A stretch of DNA of 43,994 nucleotides. Source: Bifidobacterium breve (GTDB lineage: Bacteria; Acidobacteriota; Vicinamibacteria; Vicinamibacterales; CAVVIG01). Below the pieces are notes generated by a model. That model did not search any database and was not told the DNA's origin. It worked only from the letters and a program-made list of their open reading frames with translations. Within the stretch, counting starts at the first letter, position 1. Each line of letters opens with the position of its first letter. The DNA lies in the NCBI GenBank assembly GCA_943328785.2, contig CALQBJ020000003.1:1-43994 (forward strand), in the 5' to 3' direction. Shown piece by piece: positions 37,568 through 43,994 of the stretch. Both the position numbers and the translations under genes were made by a program.

Positions 37568-38479
37568 ATGGCGTGGTTCAAGAAGACGCGCAAGCCGATA
37601 GAAGCGCAGGAAAAACCCAGCAGTCGCGTTCCCGAGGGACTGTGGGTGAAGTGCCCGGGATGCGCGCAGGCGATCTACAACAAGGATCTCGCCGCCAACC
37701 TCAACGTCTGCCCCAAGTGCGCCCATCATTTCCGCGTGAACGCCACCGAGCGACTGCGCATGCTGTTCGATGGTGAGTGGACCGATCACGACCCGAACCT
37801 GGTCTCCACCGACCCGCTCAAGTTCACCGACACGAAGTCGTACACGTCGCGCCTGAAGTCGAGCCAGAAGTCGACCGGCAAGAAGGACGCGGTCATCGTC
37901 GGCTCCGGCACGCTCGACGGCATCGAGACGGTCATCGCCGCCCAGGAGTACGCCTTCATCGGCGGCAGCATGGGCGTCGTCGTGGGCGAGAAGATCACGC
38001 GCGGCATCGAGATGGCCATCGCCCGCCGCTGCCCGATGATCATCGTCTGCTGCTCCGGCGGCGCGCGCATGATGGAAGGCGCGCTCTCGCTCATGCAGAT
38101 GGCGAAGATCTCCGGTGCGCTCGCCCGCCTCGACCGCGCGCGTCTCCCGTACATCGCCGTGCTGACCGACCCGACCACGGGCGGCGTCAGCGCCAGCTTC
38201 GCGATGCTCGGCGACCTCAACATCGCCGAACCGAAGGCACAGATCGGATTCGCCGGCCCGCGCATCATCGAGCAGACGATCCGGCAGAAGCTGCCTGAGG
38301 GATTCCAGCGCTCCGAGTTCCTCATCGAGAAGGGCATGCTCGATCTCGTGATCGACCGCCGCGAGATGAAGATGGTCATCGCCCGCGCGCTGCGCTTCAT
38401 GGGAGCCACCACCGCAGCGCCCCCGGCACTGGCCCCTGCGCCCCCGGCACCGGTCGCCGAGGCGGCCCCGCAGATCTAG
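37568..38479 (+). CDS. accD: Acetyl-CoA carboxylase carboxyltransferase beta subunit
   Basis: PEGLWVKCPGC...CPKC zinc finger, GGSMG, SGGARM, PTTGGVSASFA, GFQRSEFL. Confidence 0.96.
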   Translation: MAWFKKTRKPIEAQEKPSSRVPEGLWVKCPGCAQAIYNKDLAANLNVCPKCAHHFRVNATERLRMLFDGEWTDHDPNLVSTDPLKFTDTKSYTSRLKSSQKSTGKKDAVIVGSGTLDGIETVIAAQEYAFIGGSMGVVVGEKITRGIEMAIARRCPMIIVCCSGGARMMEGALSLMQMAKISGALARLDRARLPYIAVLTDPTTGGVSASFAMLGDLNIAEPKAQIGFAGPRIIEQTIRQKLPEGFQRSEFLIEKGMLDLVIDRREMKMVIARALRFMGATTAAPPALAPAPPAPVAEAAPQI

Positions 38480-39774
38480 TGGCGCTGGCGCCCCTCGACT
38501 GGCTCTTCAGCCTCGCCCAGTTCGGGATCAAGTTCGGCCTCGACAACATCCACGCGCTCGTCGCGGAACTCGGCCACCCGGAGCGGCACTACCGCACCGT
38601 GCATGTCGCCGGCACCAACGGCAAAGGCTCGGTCACGGCGCTCGTCGAGCGGGCCCTGCGCCATGCGGGGCTGCGCACCGGCCGATACACCTCACCCCAC
38701 CTGCTCGATCTCTCTGAACGCTTCGCCATCGACGGCACACCGGTGTCGCAGGCCGACATGGTGGCGGCAGTCGAGACGGTTCGCGCGGCCGTCGAACGCC
38801 TGCGCGACCGCGGCATACTCGAGGTGCATCCCACCTTCTTCGAAGTGACGACCGCTGTCGGCTTCGAGCTGTTCCGGCGGCATCAGGTCGACATCGCCGT
38901 CTGCGAAGTCGGTCTAGGCGGCCGGCTCGACGCGACGAATGTCCTGTCTCCCACGGCGTGCGCCATCACCTCGATTGCGTTCGACCATGAGCAGTACCTT
39001 GGACACACCCTTCGCGAGATCGCAGCAGAGAAAGCCGGCATTCTCAAGCCGGGCGTGCCGGTCGTCGTCGGCCCGATGAGCGCCGAGGCAGCCGAGGCCA
39101 TCGTGGCGCGCGCCACGGCGGTTGGCGCACCGCTTAGCTGGGCCATGGACGACGTGGCGCTCGGTCCGGTCGTGGCGCTGCGCTCAGGCGCACAGCACTT
39201 CACCCTGCGGACCCCAGCGTGCGACTACCGAGAGGTCGAACTCGCGCTCGGCGGATTGCACCAGGTGACGAATGCCGTCGTTGCGGTCCGTCTCCTCGAG
39301 CAACTCGAGTCGAGCGGCCTGCGCATCGGCACGAGCGCCGTGGTCGCCGCCCTGGCATCGGTCCAGTGGCCTGGCCGCCTCGAACAGATCACGTTGCCGG
39401 ACGGCCGATCGGCCCTGCTCGACGCGGCGCACAACGCCGCCGGCGCTGAAGCACTCGCCGTCCACCTGGACAGACTTGGCCACAGACAACCACTGGTCTT
39501 CGCGGCCATGCGCGACAAGGACGTCACCATGATGATTCGCACCCTCGCGCCGTGCGCGTCACACATCGTCGTCACCAGGGCATCGAATCCACGTTCGGCG
39601 GAACCGACCGAGCTTGCCGCACTGTTCGGGCGCCTCGCGCCAGGTGTGCAGGTCGAGGTTGCGGACACACCGGCCGAGGCGCTGGCGCGCGCGTGGAACG
39701 CGAGCCCGCACATCGTGGTCGCCGGCTCGATCTTCCTGCTGGCGGATGTGATGAAGGAGCTTGGACGGTCGTGA
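38479..39774 (+). CDS. folC: Dihydrofolate synthase/folylpolyglutamate synthase
   Basis: HVAGTNGKGS, YTSPHL, EVGLGGRLDATN, WPGRLE, DAAHN; accD-folC linkage. Confidence 0.95.
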   Translation: MALAPLDWLFSLAQFGIKFGLDNIHALVAELGHPERHYRTVHVAGTNGKGSVTALVERALRHAGLRTGRYTSPHLLDLSERFAIDGTPVSQADMVAAVETVRAAVERLRDRGILEVHPTFFEVTTAVGFELFRRHQVDIAVCEVGLGGRLDATNVLSPTACAITSIAFDHEQYLGHTLREIAAEKAGILKPGVPVVVGPMSAEAAEAIVARATAVGAPLSWAMDDVALGPVVALRSGAQHFTLRTPACDYREVELALGGLHQVTNAVVAVRLLEQLESSGLRIGTSAVVAALASVQWPGRLEQITLPDGRSALLDAAHNAAGAEALAVHLDRLGHRQPLVFAAMRDKDVTMMIRTLAPCASHIVVTRASNPRSAEPTELAALFGRLAPGVQVEVADTPAEALARAWNASPHIVVAGSIFLLADVMKELGRS

Positions 39775-39803
39775 TACCCTCGCCACACCTGCCCGTGAGC
39801 CGC

Positions 39804-42146
39804 ATGTCCAGATTCCTTGTCGCCGTCGCGGCGTTCGTCCTCGTGTCGAACTGGGGTTCCAGCGCCTCCGCGCAGGTCAACATCGGCGGCTTCGATCGCA
39901 TCGTCGCCTTCTCGCAGGAGAAGCTCGGCGACAAGCACTATCGCCTCTCCGGGTCTGTCGAGATGGAACGCGGCGACACCAGCATCTACGCCGACGCGGT
40001 CGAGTACTTCGAGGACGAAGAGCGCGCCGTCGCTACGGGCAACGTCGTCGTCACGCAGGGCACCAACCGGATTGCCGCCGACAAGGCCGACTTCAACACG
40101 CGTACCCAGATCGGCACCTTCTTCCAGGCGAGCGGCATCGCCACCGTGCGACAGGGGAGACAGTCGTCGCCTCAGCCGGGCGGCATCGCCGTGCCGCAGA
40201 TGCTCGGCCAGGATAACGACGTCTACTACTTCGGCGAGACCGTGGAAAAGCTCGGCCCCAAGAAGTACCGGATTCGGAACGGTGGCTTCAGCACGTGCGT
40301 GCAGCCGACACCGAGATGGGACCTGTCGGCCGACACCATCGTCCTGAACATCGACCACTACACGCTGCTGCGCAACGCGCTCCTCAACGTGAAGGGCGTG
40401 CCGATGCTGTACCTGCCGGTGTTCTACTACCCGACCAAGGAAGATGACCGCGCGACCGGGTTCCTCATTCCAACCTACGGCGTCTCGACCATCCGCGGCC
40501 AGTCCCTCCACAACGCGTTCTTCTGGGCGATCAATCGCAGCCAGGACGCCACGTTCCTCTACGACTGGTTCTCGAAGACCGGCACCGGCAGCGGCACCGA
40601 GTATCGCTACAACTACGGCGGCGGCTCGGACGGCCAGTTGACGACCTACATGCTCGACCAGAAGGCCGCCACCTTCACCAACTCGAACGGCTCGACCTCC
40701 GCCCAGCCGGCATCGCGCGCCTACAACATCCACGGCTTCGCGAACCAGACGCTGCCGGGCCGATTCCGGGCCCGGGCACAGGTCGACTACTTCTCGTCGG
40801 TGATCACCAACCAGTCGTTCAGCACCAACATCTACGACGCCACCCGCAATCAGCGCCGCTACAGCGCCAACGTCTTCGGCACCCTGCAGGGCGTCAGCGT
40901 CAACGGCACCTTCGACCGCACCGAGTACTACACCAGCGCCAGCGCCGACTCGACCAGCTCGCAGGTCGTGGGCAGTTCGCCACGCATCAACCTGAACCGC
41001 GGCGAGCGGCCGCTGTTCCGCGGCTCGTCGATCTACTTCGGTGCCAGCGGCGAGTTCGCACGTCTCGACCGCCTCACCAGGGCCAACGACGTGGTGGTGC
41101 CGTTCGGCGATCGCGGCCTCAGCCGTCTCGACTTCGCGCCGCAGGTCCGCTATCCGTTCAAGAAGTGGCCGTTCCTCACGGTGAACAGCACGCTGCAGTG
41201 GCGCGAGACCTTCTACACGCGCAGCCTCGACCCGGCCGACACCAGCGGCAACACGGTGCTCGATACCACGGTGAATCGCCAGTACTTCACGATCGCCGCG
41301 CAGACCGTCGGTCCCGTCTTCACGCGTGTCTGGAACACGCCCAATAACGGCTACGCCGAACGCTTCAAGCACACGATCGAGCCGTTCTTCAACGTGCAGC
41401 GCACCTCGTCGATCGACAACTACGGCCAGATCGTGAAGATCGAAAGCGTCGATCAGGTGTTCGGCAACACCACGCAGTTCTCCTACGGGATGAACAACCG
41501 CTTCTACGCCAAGCGGAAGGTGGGCGCGACCAGCCAGGCCCAGGAAATCCTGGCCCTCGAGGTGACACAGACCTATTACACCGACGCCCGCGCGTCGCAG
41601 GTCGACCCGCGCTACTCGACCAGCACCAGCATCACGACGCCGAACAAGTTCTCGCCGGTCGCGGTGAACCTGCGCGCCACGCCGGCGCCGAGCATCAACG
41701 GCAGCGTCCGGGCGGAGATCGACAGCCGCTACCACGCGCTGCGCACGATCTCGGCGAACAGTTCCTTCAACTGGCGGCAGACCCTCCAAACCACGGTTGG
41801 CTGGACGCACAACTTCTACATCGCCGAGTTGCCCGGGTACAACGACAAGGCCAACCTGCCGAACTACATGAACGTGCAGACGAACCTGCAGACGCGCGAT
41901 CGGAAGTACGGGACGATCTACTCTCTCAACTACGACGTCCTCAGGAAGTCAGTCCAGCAGCAGCGCATCTCGTCCTTCTACAACGCGCAGTGCTGCGGCA
42001 TCGCGTTCGAATTCCAGCGCTACAACTTCGCGGGACTGCCGTCGTACCTCGTGCCGGCCGACAACCGGTTCTTCCTGTCGTTCACGCTCGCCGGACTCGG
42101 CAACTTCTCACCGTTCAGCGGCGGGCTGAACGGCGTGCCGCGCTGA
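39804..42146 (+). CDS. lptD: LPS-assembly outer-membrane protein LptD (start uncertain: 39771, 39795 or 39804)
   Basis: Signal peptide, OstA-like N-domain (ATGNVVVTQ), FSTC...PRW, RATGFLIPTYG, FFWAINRSQDAT, beta-barrel ending YNAQCCG...FSFTLAGLG-like. Confidence 0.85.
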   Translation: MSRFLVAVAAFVLVSNWGSSASAQVNIGGFDRIVAFSQEKLGDKHYRLSGSVEMERGDTSIYADAVEYFEDEERAVATGNVVVTQGTNRIAADKADFNTRTQIGTFFQASGIATVRQGRQSSPQPGGIAVPQMLGQDNDVYYFGETVEKLGPKKYRIRNGGFSTCVQPTPRWDLSADTIVLNIDHYTLLRNALLNVKGVPMLYLPVFYYPTKEDDRATGFLIPTYGVSTIRGQSLHNAFFWAINRSQDATFLYDWFSKTGTGSGTEYRYNYGGGSDGQLTTYMLDQKAATFTNSNGSTSAQPASRAYNIHGFANQTLPGRFRARAQVDYFSSVITNQSFSTNIYDATRNQRRYSANVFGTLQGVSVNGTFDRTEYYTSASADSTSSQVVGSSPRINLNRGERPLFRGSSIYFGASGEFARLDRLTRANDVVVPFGDRGLSRLDFAPQVRYPFKKWPFLTVNSTLQWRETFYTRSLDPADTSGNTVLDTTVNRQYFTIAAQTVGPVFTRVWNTPNNGYAERFKHTIEPFFNVQRTSSIDNYGQIVKIESVDQVFGNTTQFSYGMNNRFYAKRKVGATSQAQEILALEVTQTYYTDARASQVDPRYSTSTSITTPNKFSPVAVNLRATPAPSINGSVRAEIDSRYHALRTISANSSFNWRQTLQTTVGWTHNFYIAELPGYNDKANLPNYMNVQTNLQTRDRKYGTIYSLNYDVLRKSVQQQRISSFYNAQCCGIAFEFQRYNFAGLPSYLVPADNRFFLSFTLAGLGNFSPFSGGLNGVPR

Positions 42147-42151
42147 TCGCC

Positions 42152-43093
42152 GTGCCTGGACCAACGCTTGTCACCGGAGCCGCCGGGTTCGCTGGCAGCC
42201 ATCTCGTCGATCAGCTCGCACACGACGGTGTGCCGACGGTGGCGTGGCACCGGCCTGGTGGCCACCCCCCGCGGGTGGTGCCCGGCGTCCGCTGGCAGGG
42301 CGTCGACCTGCTCGACGCCGCCGCTGTGCGTGAGGCACTGCGCGACGCGGCACCATCGGTCATCTACCACTGCGCCGGCGCGGCCCATGTGGGCCAGTCG
42401 TGGGACACCACCGCGAACACACTGCGCGTTAACGTCCTCGGCACCCATTACCTGGTCGAGGCCGTGCGTCAGCACGTGCCGGACGCGGCACTGCTCATCA
42501 CCAGCTCTGCGCTTGTGTACGGACCGAGCCTCGACGCGGTCGATGAATCGCACCCGTTGACCCCGAACAGCCCGTACGGGCTGAGCAAGATCGCGCAGGA
42601 ACTCGTCGGCACCGCACGCGGCGGCCATCCGCGGACGTTCATCGCGAGGCCGTTCAACCACGTTGGTCCGAGGCAGGACCAGTCGTTCGTGGCGGCCGCC
42701 TTCGCACGGCAGATCGCCGAGATCGAGGCTGGCCTCAAGCCGCCGGTCATCGAGGTCGGCAACCTGTCGGCACGACGCGACCTGACCGATGTGCGCGACA
42801 CGGTGCACGCCTATCGCCTGATCGTCGAGCGCGGTCTGCCTCGCCGGCCGTATAACGTTTGCCGCGGCGAGGCCATTGCGGTGCAGGCACTGCTCGACAC
42901 GCTGGTCTCGCTCTCGACGGTGTCGGTCGATGTCGTGCCCGACCCCGCGCGCTACCGGCCGAACGATTCACCCATCGTCCTCGGGAACCCCGCACGTGCC
43001 ATGGCCGAGCTCGGCTGGACGCCGCGGATTCCGCTGGCGCAGACGCTGCACGACCTGCTCGCGTATTGGCGGGCACGCGTCCAGGGCACATGA
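42152..43093 (+). CDS. NAD(P)-dependent NDP-sugar epimerase/reductase (GMD/Rmd-like SDR)
   Basis: LVTGAAGFAG, SPYGLSK (YxxxK), RPFNHVGPRQ, GNLSARRDLTDVRD; GTG at 42152. Confidence 0.88.
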   Translation: MPGPTLVTGAAGFAGSHLVDQLAHDGVPTVAWHRPGGHPPRVVPGVRWQGVDLLDAAAVREALRDAAPSVIYHCAGAAHVGQSWDTTANTLRVNVLGTHYLVEAVRQHVPDAALLITSSALVYGPSLDAVDESHPLTPNSPYGLSKIAQELVGTARGGHPRTFIARPFNHVGPRQDQSFVAAAFARQIAEIEAGLKPPVIEVGNLSARRDLTDVRDTVHAYRLIVERGLPRRPYNVCRGEAIAVQALLDTLVSLSTVSVDVVPDPARYRPNDSPIVLGNPARAMAELGWTPRIPLAQTLHDLLAYWRARVQGT

Positions 43094-43994
43094 CCCGCCG
43101 ATTGTCCGGCCTCGCCGGCGCCACGCTGGCCATGACGGCGTTGAGCATCTTCGTCACGTGGCCGCAGGCGCTGTTCCTCTCGTCACAGCTGGCCGCGCAC
43201 CACGACGCCTACTTCAGCATCTGGCGCATCGCCTGGATTGCCCACGTGCTCGCCACCTCGCCGCTGACGATCTTCGACGCGAACATCTTCTCGCCCGCGA
43301 CCGCGACGCTCGCGTATTCCGATGCGACGATGCTCGAAGGACTGGTGGGGGCGCCGCTGCTCTGGGCCGGACTGCCGCCGACACTCGTCTACAACCTGCT
43401 GCTGCTCGGCGGCTTCGCTGGCTCTGGCGTCGCGATGTTCGTGCTGGCTCGTCACCTGACCGCTCGCACCGCACCCTCGCTCGTGGCCGCCGCCATCTTC
43501 ACGATGCTCCCCTACCGCATCGAACACTTCATGCACCTCGAACTGCAGTGGGCGATGTTCATCCCGCTGGCGTTCTGGGCACTGCACCGCGCGGTGGAGT
43601 CGATGTCGTGGCGATGGGGCGTGCTGGCCGGCCTGTTCCTCTGGCTGCAGGTGCTCGCCTGTGTCTACTACGGCGTGTTTCTCGCCATCACGCTGCTGCT
43701 CTTCGTACCGGTGCTCGTCCTGGTCACCGCTCGCGATCGCATCATCCGGCTGGTGCCCGTGATCGGCGCTGCGGTCGTCGTGGCGGCGGTGCTGACCCTG
43801 CCGTTCGCGCTGCCGTATCGGGCCGCCTCAGCCGAGCTCGGCGGGCGCCCGATGACCGACATCGCACGCTACAGCGCGACGCCGATGAGCTACCTCGCGA
43901 CGTCGCACCTGAACCGTGTGTGGGGGTGGACGTCCGATCGATGGGGCGGCTCCGAGCTGCGGCTATTTCCCGGCGCGATTGCGCTGCTGCTCGC
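43090..43994 (+). CDS. Polytopic membrane protein, possibly GT-C-type glycosyltransferase; 3'-truncated by window edge
   Basis: ATG overlaps the previous stop (ATGA); MTRRLSGLAGATLAMTALSIFVTWPQ...DAYFSIWRIAW...FDANIF...LAYSD...; hydrophobic; absent from the ORF track because it has no stop in the window. Confidence 0.72.
   Translation, partial: MTRRLSGLAGATLAMTALSIFVTWPQALFLSSQLAAHHDAYFSIWRIAWIAHVLATSPLTIFDANIFSPATATLAYSDATMLEGLVGAPLLWAGLPPTLVYNLLLLGGFAGSGVAMFVLARHLTARTAPSLVAAAIFTMLPYRIEHFMHLELQWAMFIPLAFWALHRAVESMSWRWGVLAGLFLWLQVLACVYYGVFLAITLLLFVPVLVLVTARDRIIRLVPVIGAAVVVAAVLTLPFALPYRAASAELGGRPMTDIARYSATPMSYLATSHLNRVWGWTSDRWGGSELRLFPGAIALLL

Noticed and set aside
39225-41810. 861-aa - strand ORF and similar long antisense ORFs (4638..6401, 17945..19894, 11580..12911)
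   Set aside because: Each lies opposite a well-supported gene and has shadow-ORF composition

Overview
High-GC bacterial chromosomal window of mostly core genes. Protein style and gene order suggest Acidobacteriota, probably Vicinamibacteria (inference; no search run). Order: prfA (partial)-prmC; HIT and HAD hydrolases; a decayed two-gene M16 peptidase pair; ileS-lspA-lgt-RluA-NUDIX; lon; a DksA/TraR-family gene with a sigma-54-like promoter; rpmB-ridA; rel; TPR lipoprotein; Oar-like TonB-dependent transporter; DinB-family protein; a long minus-strand run (tgt-yajC-secD-secF-uppP-DUF502-hppA-tonB-exbB-exbD-exbD); TPR-like protein; HEAT-cyclophilin fusion; dNK-accD-folC-lptD-SDR-membrane protein (partial). 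I found no tRNA, rRNA, CRISPR array or mobile element. The best candidate for an undescribed element is a self-contained unit at about 34338-34720: a sigma-70-like promoter, a ~200-nt structured leader, a 17-aa ORF MAKKAAKKAAKKAAKKR that the ORF track misses, and a terminator. Also notable are several very short divergent gaps with overlapping -10 elements and apparently leaderless starts, and a 600-bp structured dksA-rpmB intergenic region.
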